Positions 1-9,500 of a stretch of 64,000 bases of DNA are shown here, piece after piece. The DNA comes from Endomicrobiales bacterium (GTDB taxonomy: Bacteria; Elusimicrobiota; Endomicrobiia; Endomicrobiales; CAWCFT01). The position numbers were made by a program, and so were the translations under genes. The notes under the pieces are model-generated. The model searched no databases. It saw only the letters and a list, made by a program, of their open reading frames with translations, and was not told the origin of the DNA. Each line of letters begins with the position of its first letter. Position 1 is the stretch's first letter. The stretch spans positions 32,001-96,000 of the forward strand of contig CAWCFT010000004.1 of assembly GCA_963794945.1 (NCBI GenBank), given 5' to 3'.

Positions 1-811
1 TAGATTCGCTTTCATCTCTACGTTCATAATGCCGTCTTTTTTTAATGTGAATTTGCTTTTCGAAATCTCAATGTCCCTTATATCGCCTTTAACATACCCA
101 CGCGGGATAGATATGCCGTTCGGCTGGGGGTCGACCGCTTCGATGGATATCTTTACGTTCTCCATTGAAGGGTTGATGAGCTTGAGCGGCACATCCTGTG
201 TTATCACCGCTTTTGTGTCATTCGACGAAACGAGAACCATGAACTTCTCCGGCGTAATTATTACTCCCTGCGATTCGCGCGCCTTATTACGGTTAAGCTC
301 TTTAAGCTCTGCCGCGGTCGGAGGCTTTGGCGCTATGCTGAAAAGTATCCTTCCTTTTAACGCCAGCGCGAAAGCCATACCCGCGGCCTTCATTTTGTTT
401 GGGCGGAACTGAGGTTACAAGAACGTAAGCCTGATATTTCTCCCCAAGGTATTTCTCGTCATTTGGAACGCTTATAGTGACATCGGCAGTAGCTGTTTCA
501 TCCGGCAAAAGCGACACATTTTTCTTTGAGACCGTTATCCAGGAAACGTCAGGTATTGGTTCATATCCCGCCCTGAGTTCCTCATTGCTTGGCGCAACTG
601 ATTCATATTTCAGCTCAATAGGAGCGTCTCCCGAATAACTTACCCACATAGGGTAGTTGACGGCTTCGGTCAGGTTATAAACCCCTCCTATTTTGAGGTT
701 GTCAATGTGCACCTCAGCGAAATTCGTTGAAAGCGTAGAGCCGAACGCTTCAACACCGGCCAAAACTGACATTAAAACCAACCCGCAAAACCATCTTCTG
801 ATCTGGGACAT
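1..811 (-). CDS. Secreted chaperone-like/Ig-fold protein, paralog of 3797..4741; frameshift near 390-405; runs off window
   Basis: ATG at 811 with AAGGAG RBS and signal peptide MSQIRRWFCGLVLMSVLAGVEA; motifs IDNLKIGGVYNL, YEPIPDVSW and PNDEKYLG shared with 3797..4741; the alternative frame continues ...ILFSIAPKPPT, matching the paralog. Confidence 0.75.
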
Positions 812-838
812 TGTGCTCTCCTTTTTGCCCGCTATAAT
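811..838 (+). promoter_or_regulatory. Candidate sigma70 promoter directed into the hairpin array
   Basis: TTGTGC(811-816)-16 bp-TATAAT(833-838), 24 bp before the first hairpin. Confidence 0.35.
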
Positions 839-861
839 TTGAACATTTGAATAAGGCTTTA

Positions 862-1819
862 GGGGCCAACCGAAGTAATTCCTCCCCGCAGAGGTTTTGA
901 CTTCCTTGTTGGCCCCAATAAAAGTTTGGCGGAGCAGGGTCTGTTTCTCCCCGCAGAGGCATGACTTCCGCTCCGCCGAAAATGGTTTGCCAAACCCGCT
1001 CTGTGCCATAGCGAAAAAACGAGGTTTTGAGCGAAACGAAGGAATCTGAGGCGCGGTGTAGTTTAAACAAACTACATAAGCCGAGGATTCCGATGTTGAA
1101 GCCAAAACATCGTTTTTGCAGTAGGAACAGGGCGGGATTGGCAAACGAAGGACAAAAGAGGACTGTTCTCCCCGCAGAGAATAGACACCGTCTTTTGTCC
1201 CGAAAATAGTAAGGAGCCGGCCGAAGTAATTCCTCCCCGCAGAGGTTTTGACTTCCTGGCCGGCTCCAAAAGTTGTGGGCAAAACTCCAAAGTATTTCCT
1301 CCCCGCAGAGGTTTTGACTTCCGTGTTGGCCCCGTTAAATACAGTTGAAAAGTTCAATAGTTCAATGTTCAAAGTTTTAACTACCCCACCCATGGAATCC
1401 TTAAATCCTTGAACTATTAAACTTTGAACCTTTGAACCAGATGTAAAGAAGTGGCGGAGCAGGGTCTGTTTCTCCCCGCAGAGGCATGACTTCCGCTCCG
1501 CCGAAAAAGTTGGGACAAAAGAGGACTGTTCTCCCCGCAGAGAATAGACACCGTCTTTTGTCCCGAAAATAGTAAGGGGCCAACCGAAGTAATTCCTCCC
1601 CGCAGAGGTTTCGACTTCCTTGTTGGCCCCAATAAAAGTTTGGCGGAGCAGGGTCTGTTTCTCCCCGCAGAGGCATGACTTCCGCTCCGCCGAAAAAGTT
1701 GGGACAAAAGAGGACTGTTCTCCCCGCAGAGAATAGACACCGTCTTTTGTCCCGAAAATAGTAAGGAGCCGGCCGAAGTAATTCCTCCCCGCAGAGGTTT
1801 TGACTTCCTTGCCGGCTCC
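862..1819 (+). repeat. Array of 11 ~50-57-bp hairpin units with invariant core CTCCCCGCAGAG (candidate structured ncRNA)
   Basis: Units at about 862-916, 928-977, 1150-1200, 1213-1267, 1277-1333, 1453-1502, 1512-1564, 1576-1630, 1642-1691, 1701-1753 and 1765-1819; each is closed by a different self-complementary outer stem. Confidence 0.9.
985..1146. mobile_element. MITE-like long imperfect palindrome inside the array
   Basis: Ends GTTTGCCAAACCCGCTCTGT / ACAGGGCGGGATTGGCAAAC; central TGTAGTTT-AAAC-AAACTACA; it separates units B and C, which are adjacent elsewhere. Confidence 0.55.
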
Positions 1820-2008
1820 AAAAGAAAAAGCCTCGATCTGAGAAGAGATCGAAGCTGTATAAATATGTGTAGAAGCCTTAAGGGATAGACCCTGGGCTTT
1901 GAAATATTCTATTGCGCGGGGACGTCTTAGTGTGTCAAGAGCTTCATAAGACGATCTCGCAACGGCGCGGGAGCCGGGAAAACCCGGCAAGCCATTACGG
2001 TCGTACAC

Positions 2009-2040
2009 GGAAGTCTACCTCTGCGGGGAGATATTTTTCC
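2009..2040 (-). repeat. Single inverted copy of the array hairpin
   Basis: Minus strand reads GGAAAAATATCTCCCCGCAGAGGTAGACTTCC. Confidence 0.85.
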
Positions 2041-2145
2041 TATTCTTTTTTACTGGTCCACCCACCCTCACCGTTTTCAGGAGGTTTCACTACTAAACGA
2101 TGAGGTAAGGTTGAACAGCAAAACTGCTTTGGTTTTCAATTTATG

Positions 2146-2778
2146 CTACTTTGCAAGCACCGTCAAACCAATTGTCTGCGAAACGTTCGTCGATACAGCA
2201 AGAGGCGTATTTAATACAAGGTAAAGATAATAGCTTGTGTTCGGCATACCTTTGCCTTCAGGTGCGTAAGCAGTGCCGCCTGTTCCTGGATGGTAAAACG
2301 TGGTTGTACCCCACCAGTTGGTCGGAGGAATGGTTGGAAACACGTTATTGTCGGCTCCACCGCCGCCTGCGGCATTGGTAATTGCAGTAGCTGCTGATGG
2401 CATTGTTGTGCAAAAAGCGCCGCCGAGCGCGTACTTGTCAGCCTGGCCGGTAAGCGTCCAGCTGGTGTACTGTTGCTCAGTGTTACCGGTTTGAGTTGAA
2501 ACATAAACAGCGAAGGTCTCGACAGCTGCAAAGCTGGTGTTACTGTTGTTAAGAACGAATATCGGCGTGCTAAATAGGATACTCGTACCGGTAAGCGCGT
2601 TCAGGGTACTGAAAGCGACCGTATACTGGGGGTTAGCAACGGCGTCAGTACTGATCGAGACCAATACCTGCCTGTTGCAGTTAAACACTACGTTGAACTG
2701 CCCGTAGTTCGCCGCCTGCGCAACACTGCAAACCCCGCCTATTGATACCAGTAGCGTACCTAATGCAATTTTATTCAT
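2146..2778 (-). CDS. Secreted pilin-like/fibre subunit, copy 2
   Basis: Signal peptide ending AQAA; Thr/Ala/Gly-rich beta protein; C-terminus YLYLVLNTP...QTIGLTVLA; near-identical to 2828..3475; start could be 2814. Confidence 0.8.
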   Translation of the reverse strand: MNKIALGTLLVSIGGVCSVAQAANYGQFNVVFNCNRQVLVSISTDAVANPQYTVAFSTLNALTGTSILFSTPIFVLNNSNTSFAAVETFAVYVSTQTGNTEQQYTSWTLTGQADKYALGGAFCTTMPSAATAITNAAGGGGADNNVFPTIPPTNWWGTTTFYHPGTGGTAYAPEGKGMPNTSYYLYLVLNTPLAVSTNVSQTIGLTVLAK

Positions 2779-2827
2779 AATTTTCCACCACTTGCAATTC
2801 TTCATATATACCATTTATCGCTAGATA

Positions 2828-3475
2828 TTACTGTGCAAGCACCGTTAAACCAATTGTCTGCGAAGCATTCGTCGATACGGCAAGCGGCGTATTTAAGACA
2901 AGGTACAGATAATAGCTTGTGTTTGGCATACCTTTGCCTTCAGGTGCGTAAGCAACTCCACCGGTGCCTGGATGGTAATACGTGGCGGTACCCCACCAGT
3001 TGGTCGGAGGAATGGTTGGAAACACGTTATTGTCGGCTCCACCGCCGCCTGCGGCATTGGTAATTGCAGTAGCTGCTGATGGCATTGTTGTGCAAAAAGC
3101 GCCGCCGAGCGCGTACTTGTCAGCCTGGCCGGTAAGCGTCCAGCTGGTGTACTGTTGCTCAGTGTTACCGGTTTGAGTTGAAACATAAACAGCGAAGGTC
3201 TCGACAGCTGCAAAGCTGGTATTACTGTTGTTAAGAACGAATATCGGCGTGCTAAATAGGATACTCGTACCGGTAAGCGCGTTCAGGGTACTGAAAGCGA
3301 CCGTATACTGGGGGTTAGCAACGGCGTCAGTACTGATCGAGACCGATACCTGCCTGTTGCAGTTAAACACTACGTTGAACTGCCCGTAGTTCGCCGCCTG
3401 CGCAGCGCTAAAAACGCCTGCGAGCATTACAACGAACAAAAACAAAGACAAAATGCCCATCACTTTTTTAAACAT
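2828..3475 (-). CDS. Secreted pilin-like/fibre subunit, copy 1
   Basis: AGGAGG RBS, signal peptide, own consensus promoter; 215 aa. Confidence 0.85.
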   Translation of the reverse strand: MFKKVMGILSLFLFVVMLAGVFSAAQAANYGQFNVVFNCNRQVSVSISTDAVANPQYTVAFSTLNALTGTSILFSTPIFVLNNSNTSFAAVETFAVYVSTQTGNTEQQYTSWTLTGQADKYALGGAFCTTMPSAATAITNAAGGGGADNNVFPTIPPTNWWGTATYYHPGTGGVAYAPEGKGMPNTSYYLYLVLNTPLAVSTNASQTIGLTVLAQ

Positions 3476-3584
3476 TTGAAACCTCCTTTTTGATTTATTT
3501 ATTTTCTGATTTTTAAGATTTTACAGCCGATCACCTCCAGAGTTTGATGTTTAATTAAGAAGCTTACTTCTCGTTTCCACTAAT

Positions 3585-3613
3585 ACTATAGCACCGCTTA
3601 ACGAATTTGTCAA
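3585..3613 (-). promoter_or_regulatory. Sigma70 promoter for the duplicated subunit genes
   Basis: TTGACA(3613-3608)-17 bp-TATAGT(3590-3585). Confidence 0.7.
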
Positions 3614-3796
3614 GTATTTTATTATTTTGGTTTATATTGCCTGAACACCCATCCGGATATACGTTTCTACCGCGTCTGTATGTTTTTTGAGCAACGGCAA
3701 CCCTCCCTGTTTGACCCACCTGCTTGACCGGCTGGCAAGGCCAAACACGTAATATGCCTTGCCTTTCATGCCTTCCAGCCGTGGTGGCAATTAGAA

Positions 3797-4741
3797 CTAC
3801 CTGGTTGAGACATATATTTTAGAGCGATAGCTGGTCTTTATCAGTTCATCCTCTACGTAAACTTCAACCACGAAAAAGTACTTTTTCCCGCGGTATTTTT
3901 CATCTTTGGGAAAACTTATTGAAAAAGGAAGCTTTTTTATCTCGAGCGGGTTTATCTTCAATTTCTCTTTTGGAAAAGATAAAAATGAAGGATTTGGAGT
4001 GTTTTCCCAGCCTGGCGGGGCTATTATTCCGGTTTCGGAAACCTGCAGGCTTTTTATTCTAACCTTAACCGGTTCATCACCTGTATTGACCAGCTTGAGG
4101 AACGTGCCTTTTTCTTTTTCAACATCCACATTTTTCCCTATCGGCACATCTTCCACAGGCAGGTCATTCGGAGTGAGTTCGATGTTGACCAGTTTGTATT
4201 TGGCTTTTTCAAATTTCTTTTTTTCTTCTTCTGTAAGCGCCCTGGGCGCGATTGTGAACTTGAGCGCGCCCAAGACTCCAACTCCGACAACAGCGGCCGC
4301 TGATCGGTCAAGGCTATCCATGGGAACAGTCTTCGCCAATATCTTCATTTGATATTTATGCCCCAGATATTTTTCGTCATTTGGTATCCTTATCACGATA
4401 TCCGCCGAACCGGTTTCACCCGCCATAAGAACAAAATTATCTTTTGAAATGCTCACCCATGTCATATCCGGCACGGGTTCGAAACCGGGCATGCATTCAC
4501 CGGTGGTTGTATTAAGAAGCGTTACTTGCACTCTGTTCTGCATAAAAGTGGAAGTAATTTTGTAGGGCATGCTTCCCATTTGCGTGAGGTTGTAAACCTG
4601 GCCGATCCTTAAATTATCTATCTCTAAATCGGCTGTTGGGCATGCTAGCCCCGCAAAAGCCCTGCATGGAATAAAAATGGCCGCAATGCATGCAAGCATT
4701 ACGGCAGTCATAAATACCCTGAATTTTGAACAAAATATCAT
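3797..4741 (-). CDS. Secreted two-domain chaperone-like/Ig-fold protein
   Basis: 314 aa with signal peptide; two related halves ending PNDEKYLGHKY and PKDEKYRGKKY; AAGGAGG RBS. Confidence 0.8.
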   Translation of the reverse strand: MIFCSKFRVFMTAVMLACIAAIFIPCRAFAGLACPTADLEIDNLRIGQVYNLTQMGSMPYKITSTFMQNRVQVTLLNTTTGECMPGFEPVPDMTWVSISKDNFVLMAGETGSADIVIRIPNDEKYLGHKYQMKILAKTVPMDSLDRSAAAVVGVGVLGALKFTIAPRALTEEEKKKFEKAKYKLVNIELTPNDLPVEDVPIGKNVDVEKEKGTFLKLVNTGDEPVKVRIKSLQVSETGIIAPPGWENTPNPSFLSFPKEKLKINPLEIKKLPFSISFPKDEKYRGKKYFFVVEVYVEDELIKTSYRSKIYVSTR

Positions 4742-4816
4742 TTTCTGCTCCTCCTTTGGAAATCAATAATATAATTTTTTAAATATAACGTCAAATAGTA
4801 AAATCTAATACTACCG

Positions 4817-6235
4817 CTACGGATTAGTTTGTTGGGCAGTTATAGTCACTGTAATGCTCTCTTGAGCGGTTGTGCCCGTGGCCAGCGGTGTTGAAAGGTT
4901 AAACCACAGGTTCCGCTGCGTGTCAGTTGAAATTGCAGGAAATGGGTCAACATTTGCGCCTGTTTTGGAGCCGTCAATGGTGAACATCGAGCCCGTGCAT
5001 AATATGCTTGAAAGGCTTAATTGATTGCCGTTTGTATTATAGCTCGCGAGGCTCGCGGGCCTTGGCCCGTTAAACGCCGCCTGTAGTTCAAAAGTATTCA
5101 TTGCCGGCGAAGCGGCTAACAGAAAATCAGTTGTGCTTGAGCCCTGTATATTGTAGGTTTCATAAACATTTCCTGAATTTGTTACTACGGCAGGATTATA
5201 GGTGTCAGTTGAAATGTTTGTCGCAAGTGTCCCGTAATAAAACCACGTAGTCGGCAAAGTAATGCTTAAATTCACCATGGTTGCCCACGTGTTAGTCGAA
5301 TTCGATATGCTTGACCAGCTTAACATCTCATTAGCGGTCCATAAAGCTATGTAATAGGTTACACCCTGCTGTAGAGAGGTAAGGTTGCATGACTGGTAAG
5401 AGCCGGGGGTCACACTCGCGGTAGATAAATATACAGTGTCAACAGAATACGTGCTGTAGGTCACGCCTGACCAGCTTGAGCGCTGTATCGCGTACTCGCT
5501 TCCCGCAAGCAGTGTTCCGCTGTAGCCGTTGTCCCCCGGGGCGGTCCACACAAGCTGGATGCTTCTTCCGTATTGCCCCTGGAAAGCATTAAGGTTTGTT
5601 ACAGGCCCGGGCGCCCAGAGGAACATGCATGTCGCGCCGTTAGAAAGGTCGGACCAGTTGCAGGCCTGGTCAAGCGTCCACATCATGAAATAATAAGTAG
5701 TCCCTTTAACAAGGCCGGTTATGGGCCAGCTGCAGGCTGAACCGGGGTTAACATTCCCTGTAGATATCACTATTTCGCATGTATTTGTATTCCTTTTGTT
5801 ATTCCAGTAACCGGGGTTTGTTGCGTTCGCAAGGACAGTGGTGGACGCTATAAAGATCTGCGTCCCCATAAGCAGCTGCCCTGTGCCCTGGTCGTCACCC
5901 GGGGCTATCCACGAAAGCGTCAGCGCTCCCACCTGTGCATTGGCATATAAATTAAGGGTTGTTATGTTATTCGGGGCTATCAGGTCCTGCCCAAGGTATC
6001 CCGCGTTAAGAGTATAAGCGCCGCCGGTAAGGGTGGTAATGCCACCCGGCTCGCCTATCGTTCCCATCAGGCTGGTGGCGCCGTTGGTATAGCCTGCAAC
6101 GGGCGCACCGCCGGCGTCAAGGTTGTCAACCGTTATCTCAAACGTGCCGCCGGTCATCACGGGCCGGCTGGCCTCTAAAGCCGAAGCTGAAAATAGGGCT
6201 ATGGATAATAAAAGGCAGAATCTTCTGATATCCAT
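4817..6235 (-). CDS. Secreted adhesin-like protein: two FN3-like (WxAPGD) modules plus C-terminal pilin-like domain
   Basis: LSWIAPGDD and LVWTAPGDN modules; C-terminus LWFNLSTPLATGTTAQESITVTITA resembles the end of the duplicated subunits. Confidence 0.75.
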   Translation of the reverse strand: MDIRRFCLLLSIALFSASALEASRPVMTGGTFEITVDNLDAGGAPVAGYTNGATSLMGTIGEPGGITTLTGGAYTLNAGYLGQDLIAPNNITTLNLYANAQVGALTLSWIAPGDDQGTGQLLMGTQIFIASTTVLANATNPGYWNNKRNTNTCEIVISTGNVNPGSACSWPITGLVKGTTYYFMMWTLDQACNWSDLSNGATCMFLWAPGPVTNLNAFQGQYGRSIQLVWTAPGDNGYSGTLLAGSEYAIQRSSWSGVTYSTYSVDTVYLSTASVTPGSYQSCNLTSLQQGVTYYIALWTANEMLSWSSISNSTNTWATMVNLSITLPTTWFYYGTLATNISTDTYNPAVVTNSGNVYETYNIQGSSTTDFLLAASPAMNTFELQAAFNGPRPASLASYNTNGNQLSLSSILCTGSMFTIDGSKTGANVDPFPAISTDTQRNLWFNLSTPLATGTTAQESITVTITAQQTNP

Positions 6236-6553
6236 TGTTTGTCCCGCTTATCTTAATAAATCCGAAATTCGAAGCACGAAATCCGAAAAAATTACAAACT
6301 GATAATAGCCTGGAGCTTGTAGCCTGCAGCTTGCAGCCTACCATTGCCTCTAATGCCTTTCGTTATGTGCCCTGTTTTATATCAAATATCAAAAATCAAA
6401 AGTCAAAAGTACATTTCAAAATCTAAATATTTTTAATCTTTAACCTATATTTTTGATCTTTGATATTTAATTTTTGATTTGCTTATGCCATGTTGAAAGT
6501 TAACGACTTTGGTTTCACTTACCACTTACCACTTATCCCTTATCGCTGCTGTT

Positions 6554-9500
6554 TCACGGATAACTAGTCGTAGCGGCCCTTAATTCCCTTAAATGAATGC
6601 CCCTTATAAGCGAGCCCGAGGTCATAGGCACGGGGTTCGTGAAAACAGGGGTTGACCCCGTGACATTATAATAAGGGGATGCCACCGCGTCCCGCAGTTG
6701 GTTGAGATGCACCCCCCTTATGAGGCTGCCAGCGCCCAGCGTTGACCAGCTTTGATCCCACGGATAAGTTCCGCTTCCGCGCAATGTCCTGACATTATTT
6801 ATGGCTTTTTGAAGGTCCAGAAAATGCGCCGCTCTTATTGGAGTTGACCCGTCCGTAATAGGGTCGGTCATGCCTACAGTCATTGTGCTCAGCATTACGG
6901 CGATGGTGTTGGACCAGGGCGGCGACTGCAGGCCCTGCGAATCCTTAATAAGCGCCCTCACATACCACGTCGTGCCCAGAGGAAGCCCCGCTCCTGTGGG
7001 GTATAATGTGTGCATTATCGAGTTAGTGCTGTAACACGGCAGTGTGACAAAACTACTGCTAAACGATGGGGTGGTAGACCAGTAATCTGTGGTAAGAGGC
7101 GTAAAACTGTTGTTGGCGGATATCTGAATTCTGGCCGCGCTTATCTGGTATGCGTCTGTATCGGTAAAAACTATCCATGGATGCGGATTATACGTAAATC
7201 CAAGGCCGGTGCCCGAAACCGGCGAAGTTATTGTAACGGCGGACGGCTCCAGCGCTTCATTAGCTCCTATATCCCAGGCAATACCTTGCGGCCTCGCATT
7301 GCCTAAAATATCGTAATTGAACGGTATCACCGGATCTGTCGCCAGGCTTGTTCCGTAGTCTCTGGCGCCGTTGTCCGTTGCGGTAATAAGATAATTGTTG
7401 GATCCCGAGTTTACGAATGTAAAAGTCTGGTTGGCCCGGTTTCCGCTCCCGCCGTAGCTGGTCGCTGTGCCGTCGGCTGACGCGCAGTAATTAACAGCGT
7501 AGCCGACACCCGTATTAAGAGAAAAATCCCTATAGCCGCTGACCCCCAGGCAGTTAGTTACTGTCGCTGTCTGTACGGATGCTGACCTGAAGCCGCGCCC
7601 GTTAGGGCATATACCTGTGCAATTGTAAGCGTATGTCGTTACGCCAGTGCCCCCGTTGGAATAAAAAGCGGCGACTGTATTAGAATAACTTGAGTTGTTA
7701 ATGCCTATGCAGTTCCACCACTCTATCGTAAAGGGGTTGGCGGTTATGCTCCAGCAATCAAACGTAAAGTAATTATCAGTATCACCAGTACCCAAATACC
7801 AGCCGAAGCAATCTGAGAACTTGACCAGACCGGTTGTTGACTGGCCAGTTACAAAATATGTGCGGCTGTTACTAGTCGGTTCATATATTGAAAGCCCGTC
7901 AACCCAAACGTAGTTGTCCTGGATTATAAGTTCCCCTTGTATCCTATACCCGTTGCCCCAAGTCCCGTTGTGCCTCTGCGACATCCCTACCTCCGCGCTT
8001 GATACAGGAGTGTATATCTTTACATAGTTGCTCGAACTGGTTGTCCAACCTGTCTCAGTTACGGACACGTTGTCCACCCCGTCCGCGTAACAAGGCACCA
8101 TCATTATATAATTCGACGACACCAGGTTCTGGCTTGCCAGAGGTACCTGTCCGCTGACCGCGCCGCTGATATTTGAATTCACGGTCGAGTTTCCTTCCCA
8201 GTTTCCAAGTGAATTGTAACAGCGGTAGACGCTGGCGCTTGTGCCGGCAGAAGCTGACTGCGGCGTTCCGCCGTTTGAACTCTGAACCGTGAAAGTCGTT
8301 GCATTTGCGCGCCCGCAAATAAAGGCAATATATGTACTGCCATAAACAATGGCGTCCCCGACGCCCACATTATTCGGCATATTCCCGCTGAACGTGGCGG
8401 TGGTCCCGGCTATAGTCACTGTGTAAGAATTAGTATTGAGATTGGTCGCGGTCGTCCCAACTGAACGGTACAGGCCGGTGATTGGAGGTTCCGCCGTCTC
8501 ATAAGCTCCTATATCCCAGGCAGGACCGATTGGCCTCGTATTGCCGCAAATATCGGTATTGAACGGTATAACCGGGTCAGCCGAGAGGTTTTCGCCATAG
8601 TCTCTGGCGCCGTTATCCGTTGACGCGATAAGATAATTATAATTGGGGTTTCCCGGGCTTACGAATGTAAAAGTCTGGCCGCTCCGATTTCCCGTCCCGC
8701 CGTAACTGGTCGCTGTGCCGTCGGCGGACGCGCAATAATTAACAGTATAGCCGGCACCCGTATTAAGAGAGAAATCCCCTACCGCTTTGCCCCAGGCAGT
8801 TAGTCAGTGTTGCTTGATGCACCGCTGCTGAGGCGAACGCGTACCCTGTGGGACATATCCCTGTGCAATTGTAAGCATACACAGTTACATTATTAGAGCT
8901 ACCTGTATAGTCGCCGTTGAAATAAAAAGCTGCAGGCGTTCCAGCTTCAGTTGAGTTATTAAGGCCTATGCAATTCCAGTATTCTATCGTAACGGTGCCG
9001 CTATAATTATAATTGTCAAACGTTCTAAGCCCGCCACTGCTCTGATTCCAGGCGAAGCAATTTGATATCTGGATCAGCCCCGGGCCCGGCACCGGGTTAC
9101 TGCTTGAAGTATCGCCGCAAAAAAATGTACGGTAATAATTCGGATAATTATATACTGAAATCCCGTCAATTTTGAAGTAGTTATCGTAGATAATAAAAGA
9201 CCCCTGTATCCTGTACCCATTGCCCCAAGTCCCGTTGTGCCTCTGTGATACCCCTACCTCCGCGCTGGATATAGGAGTGTATATTTTTATATAGTTGCTC
9301 AGCCCGGTTTTCCAACCCGACTCATTTAAAGTTCCATCTACCCCGTCCGCGTAACAGGGCACCATCATTATTACATTTGACGTCACCAGGTTAGAGCTCG
9401 GCAGAACAACGAAATTACTGCTGATACCCGCGCCGGTGATACCGGTATTTACAGTTGTGTTATTGCTCCAGTTCTGGAGCGAAGTGTAACAGCGGTAGAC

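Noticed and set aside
862..1819. CRISPR array
   Set aside because: The sequences between conserved cores are themselves repeated and self-complementary, not unique spacers; no cas operon in the window
862..1819. Integron attC array
   Set aside because: No RYYYAAC/GTTRRRY ends, no cassette ORFs between units and no integrase
302..2008. 568-aa ORF as a genuine single protein
   Set aside because: The first ~400 aa translate repeat DNA; a signal peptide with its own RBS starts at 811 (the open frame is kept only as a low-confidence finding)
2146..3475. Diversity-generating retroelement TR/VR pair
   Set aside because: Differences are not adenine-specific, many are synonymous, both copies are full genes, and no reverse transcriptase is present
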